Positions 50,401 through 62,230 of a DNA stretch of 64,000 nt are shown piece after piece; within the stretch, counting starts at the first letter, position 1; every line of letters begins with the position of its first letter. Origin of the DNA: Chrysomallon squamiferum (taxonomy: Eukaryota; Animalia; Mollusca). The stretch is from assembly GCA_012295275.1 (NCBI GenBank), contig CM022666.1, positions 12,462,001 through 12,526,000 on the forward strand, written 5' to 3'. The notes beneath the pieces were generated by a model, which was not told the origin of the DNA, ran no database searches, and saw only the letters and a program-made list of their open reading frames with translations. A program made the translations under genes and the position numbers.

Positions 50401-52351
50401 AGTCAGAAATGTATAAATAAGCTGATGCTATGGAATAAATATCACAAGTTTTTATAAATATCACAACAGCTCAGACACACATAAGCAGATATTTGGAAAC
50501 ACAATGCTGTTGTTAAAAAATTTTGAATGCATTTTTCAGTTATGGAAAATACAACAATTCTTATTAAAGACAAACCTCTTGTAAGCAACCAGAGCTTTGT
50601 CCTTTTCTCCGAGAGCTGCAAGTATCTGACCATGCAGTTTGTGAGCCTGTGGAACTGTTTCTCGGACACTAAGAAAAACACATATGTACCTGCAAATAGA
50701 AAGATTATGATAGTATTGTGTTTAAGGTAAACTATAAAAAATTTGATATTAGCTGCCTGCATTTTTTTCAAAACAAATTAGAAATAATCCATATATGAAA
50801 ATATTAACCGTAATTAAATATTTACATTAAATATTTATTTTATAATCCTAACATAGCAAAGTAATAAGAATGCCAATCCTGTGTAAGTTTTAATACTAAC
50901 CCTAACAGAGATACATGTTATATTCATTAACAGTCTAGTGATGTCTCGAAACATGTTCATGCCTTTAATGAAGATGCTCATTAGAAAGTTAATTACCTTT
51001 TTGCAAGTTCATATTCTGCAATGTCATAGTAAAGTCTGGCTATCTGATATCCTCTTGAACTCCTCTGATAAAACAAAGTAAATGGAAATTATGTGAGTAA
51101 CACTATAAAATCATGCATGTAAAAGAATAATTATGCTACACTGCTGATAAAAGAAAAAAATACTGTGTATTTATTAATTTTGAAGTCTAATATTATTGGT
51201 AATGGTAAGTAATTTGTAATAACTCTGTAAAGAGTTCAGGGATTTCACCAGTGAAATGTGATGTACATGTTATTATTTCATTTCCATCTTCAAAACTAAG
51301 CTGAATTTAAGATAATACATAATCTTGACAAATTATCTAATGCATACTGTATTATGCATTATGCCATCCAAATATCACTGGCTAAAAATAGCCCCTTTAT
51401 TTTTATTCTTTTCCTGTGAAAAATAACTTGATAATTTTGGTTTAAAAGACACAGCTCTGATGATCTTTCACTGGAAAACAATAGCTGTATTTTGTGATAA
51501 CACTGAAGAAATAAAACCAAGTTGTTTTCTTTTTGTTTAAATTTTCTTCTGTTTTACAGCTTATTTCTAACAAATATATCGTAAATGCTGAACTGAATCA
51601 CTGAAAAGGTAAACTGGTTAATAAAACAAAGGCAAAATACAATAATAATAATAATAATATGAATTTTTACATTCGTATCTACTCTACAATTAATATAAAA
51701 AGAATTCTTTTTATTAGATTTTAATAAAAGTGGTGCAGACAAATGTTGTTGTTTTTTTCTCAATAGCTGTAACCTCTATTTTAGTTTTTAATGATTCTGT
51801 GGCATTACTTTATTTTTTGCAGTTTCCATTCAACCTTGTTACCTTAATGTTTAGTTGTCAGTTATTTCAGTTGGTTATTGTAAGAGCCGTTTTGTTTTAA
51901 AACAATACAGTATAAATAGGCAGAGCGTATGACTATCAAGATTTAGCTGGTTTTATTTGTTTGTTTTTAAATATTCGATTATTTTTATTTTTTTATTTTT
52001 TTGTACAAATGATACAAGTCGCTGTTTATCATGTGATTGTAAATCAACAAATTTACACCATTTTATCTTCTATTTTCACTTTTGTCATGAAATTATTAGA
52101 GCTATGAAACTCATCTTAGCAAAGCAGATAATAACTTATGTAATTAATCTACAAAACAAAAACTCGTGAAATCAAAAATGAAAGTAGTGATTTCCTAGTA
52201 TTAGTACTAATAGTTGCAGTAGACAGAAATACTGTGCAATTCTGTGATACTACAGACAAGCACTACAAGTACAATCATACCTCTTTTTCATCTTTGATTT
52301 TCCTAGCATAAAAGAAACATGTCTGTCAACGTCTTTTTTTGTTCTAAACAT
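22859..52351 (-). CDS. RANBP2: E3 SUMO-protein ligase RanBP2 / nucleoporin Nup358 (>35 exons)
   Basis: N-terminus MFRTKKDVDRHV...GYQIARLYYDIAEYELAK. Helical/TPR exons 52351-52281, 51064-50997, 50689-50576, 49942-49899, 49362-49316, 48925-48866, 48587-48519, 48102-47941, 47322-47192, 46549-46420, 46051-45877, 45655-45434, 45098-45006, 44226-44138, 43441-43263, 42126-42006, 41407-41286, 40742-40522 and on to 37383-37177 (PSPERLEAQLR). A 3.7-kb exon 36917-33224 carries FG repeats, two RanBDs and two zinc fingers, followed by the IR exon, a third RanBD, an acidic tract and a degenerate RanBD. The 3' end is uncertain. Confidence 0.95.
23394..25270 (-). other. Degenerate C-terminal RanBD/PH-like domain of RanBP2 (3 exons) after an Asp/Glu tract
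   Basis: YLFEKRVTLF...WQ|KLGMGSLHV...KLCNHIIS...SCMW.[fs].DFSTDEPVRRHFKARF follows RanBD spacing but lacks WKERG and MRR. Confidence 0.7.
26187..28400 (-). other. RanBP2 Ran-binding domain 3 (split over 4 exons)
   Basis: HFEPVIPLPDLVEIKTG|DEGWDVLFSHRSKLYRF...WKERGIGDMKI|KFRLLMRREQVLKVVCNH...WCWLAQDFSEGEPQIEKLAIKFK. Confidence 0.9.
31322..31465 (-). other. RanBP2 internal-repeat (IR) SUMO E3 ligase exon
   Basis: EDVVVVFEEKATEEQIARARKYLLPDHFYLYENKPPCPGCIGCQDDD aligns to the recalled human IR1 ([34 protein letters not shown]). The exon is 144 nt, phase 1-1. Confidence 0.8.
31635..32059 (+). mobile_element. Internally deleted Tc1/mariner (DD41D/rosa-like) element in a RanBP2 intron
   Basis: Imperfect TIRs CAGGGTGTCCCATAAGTTTCTATACATA and TATGTATGGAATTTAAGGGACACCTTG, with TA on the right. 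Coding relic WLHQQFPGAWIGQRG...RSPDLIPLDFYLWGHLK. Confidence 0.8.
33280..35060 (-). other. RanBD1 - two RanBP2-type zinc fingers - RanBD2 within the giant exon
   Basis: KLFGERSRLFRYD...WKERGIGEMKIL; WECTGCYCRNDAADLKCPAC and WECSGCYCRNAADDLQCPAC; VLFEHRAKLYRF...WKERGLGNVKIL. Confidence 0.93.
42478..43208. mobile_element. pogo/Tigger-type MITE in a RanBP2 intron
   Basis: TA-flanked TIRs CTGTATATACTTGTGTACAAGGCGA and TCGACTTATACACAAGTATATACGG, with internal repeats of TATAAGTCGA and no ORF. Confidence 0.8.
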
Positions 52352-52499
52352 CTTGACTCATCTAAATATCAAAACGATTATCACGTCAAATAATCAAGAA
52401 CATAAAGCATTTTCGCGGTCAAGCTAAAATGTCTACACACGAGAATCCCCGAGAAAAAAGGAAGTTAGAGAGTTTATCGAAGGGAGATAACTTATATCA

Positions 52500-52516
52500 T
52501 GGCGCGAATTTTTGAA
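52500..52516. promoter_or_regulatory. E2F/CDE + CHR composite (DREAM-type) element in the RanBP2 promoter
   Basis: TGGCGCG-AATT-TTTGAA about 150 bp upstream of the ATG. A further E2F-like TTTTCGCG lies at ~52410-52417. Confidence 0.5.
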
Positions 52517-52762
52517 TTACAATTAAAATGTACAGGAACCATAATTACACCCACCAAATGATTTCTTGTTGCGAAATAATAATAATAATAATAATAAAAA
52601 GTGTGGTTCCGGGAAAAATAAACCTTTAATAACTTACCACATACTTTTGAATAATAATTAAAAGTATATGCACGTGGTTCCGGGTGACAATGACAGGCAT
52701 TTCTTTTATATTAAATACTTAAAAAATAAAAATAAATAAAACAATTTACATGCATAATTTTA

Positions 52763-54042
52763 CAGGGTGGTCCACAAAAAGTGGTGCAATTTTCAAGACT
52801 TATTTTCCAGAGAAATTAATATTTAATTTCCATTTTCGGGTGAATGTAGAGTGTAGCTGTAAATTTTATCTGATGGCAAGATGGATGTCGAAGAACAGTT
52901 TCCAGTCCAGGATCGGACCAAAATTGTTGAACTGTACTTTGCTACAAAATCACCTGTTCTTGTTCAGAGGCAATTTCGGCGTGATTTCCCAGGGCGGAAA
53001 ATTCACATTTGACTGCCAGGACATTGGCTCATGTTCAGGACGTTAGGACTCATTTGGAACATCGCCGCGGAAGTCCACCAGACGGCTGTCACAAGAAGTG
53101 GGGATTTCGCGGAGTTCTGTGATAAGAATTATTCATAATGACTTGAAACTGTTTCCCTACAACGTGCAGATTCTTCAAGCTCAATGCCAGGGCAACCCGA
53201 ATGAATGCTATGAATTTTGCCAGACAGTTAGTGAATGGATTGAAGACAATCCTGGCCTTTTGGACGTCCTTCTGTTCAGTGATGAGGCACATTTTCACTT
53301 CACTGGGCATGTGAATAAGCAAAATATGAGATTCTGGGCCAGAGCACAGCCTCATGAGCATGTGCAAGCACCCCTGAATGTAGAAAAAACAACAGTATGG
53401 TGTGCAATAGGAAAGACAAGCATCTATGGTCCATACTTTTTTGAAGACGACAACGGTCGGGTGACAGTTAACACTGATCAGTATTTTGATATGCTGCAGA
53501 GATGCTTCATTCTGGCCTTACGAAGGAGGAGGGCGGTTGATATGAACACAGTTGTTTTTCAACAGGATAGTGCACTGCCTCACTGTTCCAGCTGCACTCT
53601 AGAGTATCTGGGACAGCACTTCCCACAAGACAAGTTAATTTCGAGGAGGACAGACAACCCATGATTCCCCCAATGTCAACCCACCAGACTACTTCCTAAG
53701 GGGTTACTTGAAAGAGTGTACCAGGACAACCGTCCGACAATCGAGAGGCTAAAGGAAAACATCAGGCGAGAAATTAGGAGAATTCCAAGAGATATGTTGA
53801 GGAGAGTTGTCAACAACTTTAATGTTAGGGTGGCAGCCGTGATTCAGCAGTGTTGGGCTTGGATTGAACATGTTATTAATTACTAGAAAATACAAGGAAA
53901 AAACTGGTCATTTTGAAAATGGTGCTTGCCGCATAAAACTTATAGTGGTATCCCATCCCTGGCTGAAAAATCTTGGAAAAACTGCAACATTTGTAGAAAT
54001 TATGGCAAATTAAAACTGCACTGCTTTTTGTGGACTATCCTG
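52763..54042 (+). mobile_element. Near full-length but disrupted Tc1/mariner (DD41D/rosa-like) transposon
   Basis: TA TSDs at 52761-62 and 54043-44. TIRs CAGGGTGGTCCACAAAAAGTGGTGCA and TGCACTGCTTTTTGTGGACTATCCTG. Transposase pieces KIVELYFATKSPVLVQRQFRR, FSDEAHF, VFQQDSALPH, then a stop/frameshift before SPNVNPPDYFLRGYLK. Confidence 0.92.
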
Positions 54043-57000
54043 TATTTCGCTTGCAATATAATATTAATAATAATAACACAGTGGGCATGTAGTTTTTATT
54101 TTGTTAGCTGAGAACATACGAATTGATTGTAGTTTAAAAAATAATATCAATTATGAAAACAATCATAACCAGGAAATAATACAGATAAAATAGTGTCTAA
54201 TATATCTTGACCATCTCAAACATGTTTTATAACTTTCAGAAGTGTTAAAGTGAATTACTTGGGGACTGGTTACCTCTGGTACAAAAAATTCAGTAATATT
54301 TTTTTAAAGAATTATCCTTACAATTTGTTTCTCTCTTCTTTTTTTTCTTTTTTTCTTATTTTTAATATTTTCTTTATCTCTGCATTTGTGTATTAAATGG
54401 GTTTTTGGGGGGGATTGTTGTTTTTTGGGTAACTAGTTTCTTTGGGGGGGTCAAATAAATTTTTTTTTTATCGTTCTTCATTGTAAATAGTTATTCCAAT
54501 TCTTCATCATACAATTATTAAAATATTTATAATAATAATAATTAAAAAATATAAAAATAAATAAATTAATAATAATACTAATGATAATGCTTCAATAAGA
54601 AGCATTATCATTATTATTATTTATTTATTTATTCTTCATGCTTCATATTTTTATAAATTTTATTTTTACTTATTTTATATATAAGGTTATTAATTTATAT
54701 GGTTTCTTTTTATTCATTCTTCTCTTTTGTTCTTATTCTTCAGTCATCTTGTTTCTGGTTTTCATTCATGTTTTACATATGTTTCTGAGTGATTGTTTTA
54801 TTATATATTGTTATTGCTTCAACTTTATTTTTGATTTTTTAATCATTTTATTTTTTATTTTCTTCATCTTAAATTCATTTGATTATTTATTAATCATGCT
54901 CAGTAAGTTGGGAACTACATTATTTGTTTTTAAATAACTATATATTTATACAACACTCTGAAATAAATATATATGTATATATTTGTTTTTGTAAATAACT
55001 GTGTGTGTACTATTTTTAAATAACTACATTTTATAAAAAACTATACAAGTACATATTTGTTTTTCATGACTAACTAAACTTTTATATTTATTGTTTGTTA
55101 CAACAAATAAGGTGAATATAAAATATAATTCACCTAATCAAAGATTTACACTAAAAAGACATGCAGAAAGCTTTTTCGTAAACTGTCGAGATTGTTGAAA
55201 ATTCTGTTGATGTCCAACAAATAAAATATTAACTCTGTTTACTGTTCAACATTTTTCACTTTATTATACAACATTCCTGTTTACACGTTGAGCATACAAT
55301 TTTATCTCAGCAGTAACAAATTCTTTTACTGACAGAAAACGGAAACAATTTAATAATTAATGATAATCTACCCTTTTTTTTAATTGTGTGTTTTATGGAA
55401 AATAACATATATGAATGATTATTGTTAAGAAATTAATATTTTAAAAACTAAATGTTTATAATTTTAAAAAAAAAAAAAAAAAAAAAAAAAGTTATAAAAA
55501 ACAACAAACAAACAATAATAAAAACGAATATAAATTTGTTATTCAAAATAACATGAATTGTTGACCAGAAATTAATATTTAAACAATTAACTAAATTTTA
55601 TTTTATTATATTATTATTTAGGTTTCAGTTGACATTGTGGAATAAGAAAATTGACAACAGTGAGTACATCCAGAGTACAAACAAATTACTGACATATATT
55701 TCTACATATACATTTGTACAACCACAGTGTTTCAAGGCTGTTGGGCACTACTGAAATTAGAACAAAATAGATTGAACCTTCTTTATCTGTAATGCTTAGG
55801 ACTAGGAGTATCTTTGCTTTGGAATCAGGTTGAACATTGAACATTTTTTTTTCTTCTTCTTGTACTGCTTGATATATAACGCATGTAGATAATTCTATAC
55901 AACTATAATATTGTTAATAAGATAGTGCTTTAAAGAAAAAAGTGAATTAACCTAACATAAAAATAATGGCATTGATTCTGGATTTCAAATAAGAGCTCAG
56001 CTTCTAATGTGACTGTTTGGTGTTAACATTTTCCTTAGTTTCACAACTTCAGTGAATTAAAAAACGACCCCCCAAAAAAAAAAAAAAATAATAATAATAA
56101 CAATATTTTTTTTTACATCTGGGTTATGAAACAACATAGAAAGTAACTGTGTGACTTGAAGCTTATTCTTCTAATATTTTACTTTATTATTAAAGATATC
56201 ACCATAAGCAAAATAATTATCTTGAAGTATAACAAATTTTTGGATTTTTCATGAATACATGTACACATAAGAGAAGACTGAATTTTTCTCTTTTTAAAAA
56301 ATAATTCTTGGATCCTACTGGATTGAGGTATTATGTTTAGCTCAACAATAATCAGTGTATGCAATCATAGTAATAAATGCAAACGAATTATCTGCATGTC
56401 TGTATTCATGTGAATGAATGCATTATAACTATACATTATTTGTCTTTGTACGTGTGTGTGAGAGAGAAAGTAAGAATTATTAATAAAATAAGTGAATGAA
56501 ATTAATCATAAAAAAAGTTATTGTGTATATATATAATAAAGTCTTGTAATTAACACATCTTTACCAAACATAATATGACAGAATGAACTCCTTTACTTAG
56601 AAAACTGTACTTTTCCAAAGAAACAGTGTACCTTTGACAGCACAAATGGTCTAATACAATTATTTGCTGCCAAGTTACTATGACAACTGTCAACTCTGCA
56701 TGCATTGATATGATGACTAGAAAAAAGGCAGCGAGATATTTTTAAACTGTTTATTTTAATTAAGACTAGATGGCAAAAAAAAATATATATATAGCTTGGA
56801 AATTTGGATATAATTAGACGATTTCTTTGCATCATCAAAGGTACACTTTAAATATGGCAATTGTATCCCAATACTGTATTATCTGATGTGGTCTACAAAT
56901 AAGAAGTTTATCAACACTATCATTTATAAACAATTATACTAACAGGTAATGAATAATTTGTATGCATTACTTAACATTTGCTACAAATATCACAATATAT

Positions 57001-60000
57001 TATGCACAGACACACTGCTAATAACAAAGATGCCTAAAATACATTTTTCTCATCTACACAACATTTAGTTTAATCTGATATGTTAACATAATTCAATTCA
57101 CAGCTGACTGTATATTCTATGTGCTCATCTATAAACCTGAACTAAGTCCCTTTTCATCTCTACTTACTTATCATTTTGGGGTTTTTAAAAAATACTGGCT
57201 CTATGAGCTTTTAGTCAAATTTCAGGATGGTTTTTAATTAAAAAAAAGAAGTTTTATTTGACAAAGTTTATGTTAAGAAAATAGAAAAGGAACCTGCTGC
57301 CACTACAATGTAGCATGCTCTTATAAACCTGGGATGATTAGTAGACCTTCCCATGGACACTAAAGCATGTACCACTTTTCATGATGTAGCTAGACGTATG
57401 TTAAAGTGGATAAATATTTAACATTACCTTTAGGATCCTTACCAAGTCTGTCTTTCATAGGCACAATCAGATTAAGCCAGATTAACAAGTTGTGGCAAAA
57501 TAAATCATCACAGCTTACAATTACCATCACATTTATCTTCAGCTTTAAATATTATTTGCAGGTTTATGCTGTTGCCAATTCAGCAGAGGACCAGATTTAT
57601 AGATTAGTGCCTCAGTCTGAAAGTTCCTTTCAAAATCTCTTTTGTTTTCTGTATTTTTTTAAACAATGTTAAGTAAATTAAGTAAAGAAGTAATTAACAA
57701 CAAATTAGACTTATTGAACTCACTAGATGAAATATGCTGTTTTATCATTAATAAATGTCTTCAAACTGAATTTTTTAATATTTTTATTTCCTGCAGAGAA
57801 ACATTTACTCACTCTTCAGTGATTTGATATCCATCTTGAAAGCCTTCTTATCAAGTTCAGTTGCAAGACTTGTACAACTTAGTCCATCTAAATCCTGATT
57901 TAAATACCTTCTCAAAAACCTTTAGCATACAGAAACACAAACACTTGACAAACTGAGAAGAAAAACAACACCAGTCATGACTTTTTAAAGCTTATTTTAC
58001 TCGGGACTATCCACATATAAATGATAACAATAACAGCTATTAGGCAGTGAAAGTTTACCATTGTCATTACTGCCAGAAATATAACTGCAACCCTATGATA
58101 CAAATATTATTATTAAATACATCTGCTATTAGTAACAGGCAGGAAGAAATAAAAACACAGCTATATATAATTATATAATGTATACAGTTCTTTCATATAT
58201 ATTTTTTTTAAATTATTTTTAACATCAAAATCATAATTTAGAGAAACCTAAATAATTTAAATGAACATTTGAGGACAATTAAAGAAAGAATTTTTCATAT
58301 GTATGAAATTTCACAACCTGTATTTTTATATACTGTAACAAAAAAAAAAAAAAAAAAAAAAAAAAGATTAATATTAAACAGTTCTAATAATTATCAAGTT
58401 GTTTTCTTTCATCTTTTAAAATTTTTTACCAACCATGGTAACTTTCTTCTGTCTTTTTAACCTCAACTATATCTGGTCAAATACAGCTTCACTTTCATTT
58501 TATTTTTATCGAAAAAATATTTTAAAAATTAAATTGACTTCCAAACTGTTAGTATGAGGCAGTTATTTTGGCACACAAATAAATGAATTTGAACAGTAAC
58601 AGTCACTAAGTAACATATACATTTTTATTCATCTAACAGAAGAAACTTTAAAAAAGAGATGAAGTCTTAATAATGTATTATAAAAAACCTGTTTTGTAAA
58701 AAAAGAGAAATATTTTCAAGTTGACAAATTTTCATTCCTTTAAAACAAAACAAGAAACCAGAAAACAATAATGTTACACAAAGTAAATATAAACTATGTA
58801 AAAAATTGAATAAAAAATTGAATAAAAAATTGAAAGAACATTTCAAATTTAAACCAAGTTCCTTTATTGCAAACATGCAATTACTATATCAACAACAACA
58901 ACAACACCCCACCCTGTTAAAATGTACCGAATGTCAGCTCTTTTTTTAAGTACAATTTTGAAATAATCAATGGTATCAAATTCTCCAGTTTTGTCACTAA
59001 CTAGATGGTTTCAAACAATTATTGTTATCCCCTGAAGTTTGGATACTTTTTTGTTATGTTTTGAAATACTTACGTTATTAGTAAAGGAGTAGTAACCTAA
59101 ATGTTTTAATATTTGAAATAAATTATTATCCAGTGTATTCTCTTAAGTAAAAGTAAGTCGAAGTACATTTAATTTTATTAACATTGAACTTGTTTCAAAT
59201 GATTTGTAATATATATGTGTAGAAAGAACAGTTCTGAAGAACAAGTATTGTACCTTTATTAAAGAAAAAGAAATGATGGTATTTTGTTTAAGGAGTTGAG
59301 AGGAAAAGAAAGTTTCCAGGAACGATGTATTGCAAAAACAAACAGTATGGCTGAGTAAAACAACTGTCATATCAACAAATTAAAAAATTATCTGCATGAA
59401 TACTGAAAATTAAAAAAAAAAAAAAAAAAATTAAAAAACATTTTTCAACTTATATACAATCAATTAAGCATAACTATTGTAACAATTATAATATAATATT
59501 ATATAAAATGTAAAATTACAGTTTTGTTGTCTATTCAACTTTGTTGTTTTAATACAAGTTAACATAACTGCTATGTAGTTTATAATACTATTTATTTATT
59601 TATTTATTTATTTATTTATTTTCATTTTTATTATTTTATTTATTATTATTTTTTATTATTATTATTAAGCCAGTAATATAAATGAATCCTATTTTCAAAA
59701 ATATATAAAATTGTTTCCTAGTGTCTGAGCTTACTTTAATATTTCAAAAAATGAAAATGCATTTTAAAAATATATAATTCAAGAAACTGGATGGATACAA
59801 AAATGGAGTAATTAGAACTAACAAGGATATGGAAATCACATCAGCTTGTCATCCACTGCCATGGAAACTGGCATTTTGCTTTTTTATACTGATCAGCGCA
59901 CACACCATGCAGTTAGCGTCTTTCAATAAATATCCATTGTCTTCTGTAATGAGTGTTCTTCCTTGAGATAAGTCCAGTGCATTTTCATCCAGTTATTTAC

Positions 60001-60775
60001 ACGAGCCTGCAAATAAAAACAGCAAAACCATGCAACACTCTTCAAACCAAGCACTGTTAGGAAAGTAATGGGTTAGTCACTGTATCTTATAAACCAATTA
60101 AAATTAGCATTCAACTTAAACAAACTGAAGCATACTCATATGGTAGTGCTTTTGAAAATAAAATATAAATAAATAAACAATAACTTTTAAAAAATCAATC
60201 ATTGTTATGGGATAAAATGAAGTTTACATTCAGAAGCAGAACATATTTAAACAAAAATAATGTTTAAGAAATATTTGGAAAAGGCTCATTCCAATTTAGT
60301 GGTTATGGGGGAAAAAAACGAATTGCTGAATTATTTAATATTTAATTTTGATTAGTGAACTTGTTAGAAAACAAATGCCCTAAACAATACAAATTAAAAT
60401 TTAAAATTAAAACACTTTGTAAAAGGGAATAAGTTTCATGCAAATTTGGTTTATTGTAGACAGTTAAATTTGATGAAAATATATCTTGTTTACTTTTTTG
60501 TTTTTATTTTGAAGTTCATTATTTTACAAGCTATTAAAAGTTGACATTAAAAAAATTATATAATTGACAACTTAACTGATGTGTTAACATATGTATGTAT
60601 CATGTATAAATTTATTTTAAACATTTAAAATTGTACCTTTTCTGTATAAAATATATTCTGTAATGCTATTCTAAATACTGTCTGAAAACACCCTCAAACA
60701 ATACTTATCGTTTAGAAACATGCCAATACTACTACTGGCAGAAATACAAACCTGGGTCAAAAATTGTTTTAATAG

Positions 60776-62230
60776 CTATTTCTTAGGGGGAGGGAACCTA
60801 ATGGCAAATTTCGACCCAGGTTTTGGAGGTGGAGCAGGTGCTGCTTGGGTAGGACTGGTTGGAGTAGTCGTGACAGCACCAGAAGCTGCTGCTGATGGTT
60901 TTGGTGTGGTACCAAATGATTTAGGAGCTAAAGACCCAGCAGTTGATGACTGTTTCAACCAAGGTGGTGTTGGCGCCCCCTTCGCTCCAGAATCTGATGC
61001 TGGTTTTGTCCATGGTTTTGGAGGAGCAGCTGGAGGTACTGAAGTGCCAGCTTTTGGTAAGGCAGCACTTGCTTGTTGTTCAGGTTTGGCAACTGCAGGC
61101 TTAGGTGGGGCTGCAGGTGGTGTTGGCTTAGGTGCTGTTGTAGGTGGTGCTGCTGCAAGTGGGACAGATTTTGATGGTGCAGCAGGTGGGACAGATTTAG
61201 GTGGTGCTGCAGGTGGGACAGATTTAGGTGGTGCAGCAGGTGGGACAGATTTAGGTGGTGCAGCAGGTGGGACAGATTTAGGTGGTGCTGCAGGTGGGAC
61301 AGATTTAGGTGGTGCTGCAGGTGGGACAGATTTAGGTGGTGCAGCAGGTGGGACAGATTTAGGTGGTGCTGCAGGTGGGACAGATTTAGGTGGTGCTGCA
61401 GGTGGGACAGATTTAGTTGGTGCAGCAGGTGGGACAGATTTAGGTGGTGCTGCAGGTGGGACAGATTTAGGTGGTGCTGAAGGCAGAGACTGCTTTAGTG
61501 GTGCAGCTACAGATTCTGGAGTTGTGGCTATTGGTTTGGTAGATGTAGCCAATTCTGATTTAGGGATTGTGGCAGCAGATTTGCCTGCAGCTGTTTGGGG
61601 GACAGTTGCAGGAGCAGCAACTTCAGATGTTGATGCACTAGCACTTGCAACCACCACGGAGGCTGGTTTAGAGTCAGACTCTGCTGCAGATGATGAAATT
61701 TCAGTAGCAGCCTGTGTTGGTTTTATCTCTGCCTGAACAACAACTGTGGATTCCAGCTGTGATTTTTCAGTTTGAACCTGAGATGGTACAGACGCAATTG
61801 GTTCCATGGATAATGGTGCCACTGCATCTTCTATTGCACCTGGGGATAAAACCAAGGGTGATTTTGTGGGAGGAGATAACTCAGACTGTTGGACAACAAC
61901 ATCAGTAGATGATTCAGTACCTGAAAGTATTTTTGACATGTCTGGACCTTTGCCTTTCTTCGGAGGCTCTTTTTCATCTTTCTTTTCTTTTTCTTTTGCT
62001 TGTTTCGATTCTTTTGCTACAGCTGACTTTGAAATCGATCTAGATGCAGAATTGTTGGCCATCACCTCATCAAGCTTTTTCTGAATGTTTTCAAAACTGT
62101 CAGCACCCAGGTAGTCCATCTGACCTCGTTCCCAGGCAAGCTTGCGTTCCTGATCATCAAGAATGACTATTCCATCACCACTGTTACCCTCCTGCAGCTG
62201 TAGATTAGCCAACTGACCTATCAGTCCTCC
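60776..62230 (-). CDS. GYG1: 3' coding exon of glycogenin with a long Pro/Ala/Lys-rich extension (catalytic exons presumably beyond the window)
   Basis: Acceptor ctttcag| at 62231. ERKLAWERGQMDYLGADSFENIQKKLD matches the recalled glycogenin glycogen-synthase-binding motif (human [27 protein letters not shown]). Stop at 60776-60778. Confidence 0.85.
   Translation of the reverse strand, partial: GGLIGQLANLQLQEGNSGDGIVILDDQERKLAWERGQMDYLGADSFENIQKKLDEVMANNSASRSISKSAVAKESKQAKEKEKKDEKEPPKKGKGPDMSKILSGTESSTDVVVQQSELSPPTKSPLVLSPGAIEDAVAPLSMEPIASVPSQVQTEKSQLESTVVVQAEIKPTQAATEISSSAAESDSKPASVVVASASASTSEVAAPATVPQTAAGKSAATIPKSELATSTKPIATTPESVAAPLKQSLPSAPPKSVPPAAPPKSVPPAAPTKSVPPAAPPKSVPPAAPPKSVPPAAPPKSVPPAAPPKSVPPAAPPKSVPPAAPPKSVPPAAPPKSVPPAAPPKSVPPAAPSKSVPLAAAPPTTAPKPTPPAAPPKPAVAKPEQQASAALPKAGTSVPPAAPPKPWTKPASDSGAKGAPTPPWLKQSSTAGSLAPKSFGTTPKPSAAASGAVTTTPTSPTQAAPAPPPKPGSKFAIRFPPPKK
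61161..61484 (-). repeat. Coding minisatellite, 27 bp x 12 (PPAAPPKSV)
   Basis: GGGACAGATT recurs every 27 nt from 61161 to 61458. Confidence 0.97.

Noticed and set aside
54050-57400. Hydrophobic ORFs such as 54638-54937
   Set aside because: Low-complexity AT-rich intergenic/UTR sequence giving F/I/L/Y-rich translations.
60720-61736. 338-aa plus-strand ORF with GGAAGGTDL repeats (silk or shell-matrix-like)
   Set aside because: Antisense shadow of the Pro/Ala-rich glycogenin exon. Such codons rarely give antisense stops, and there is no signal peptide or independent support.
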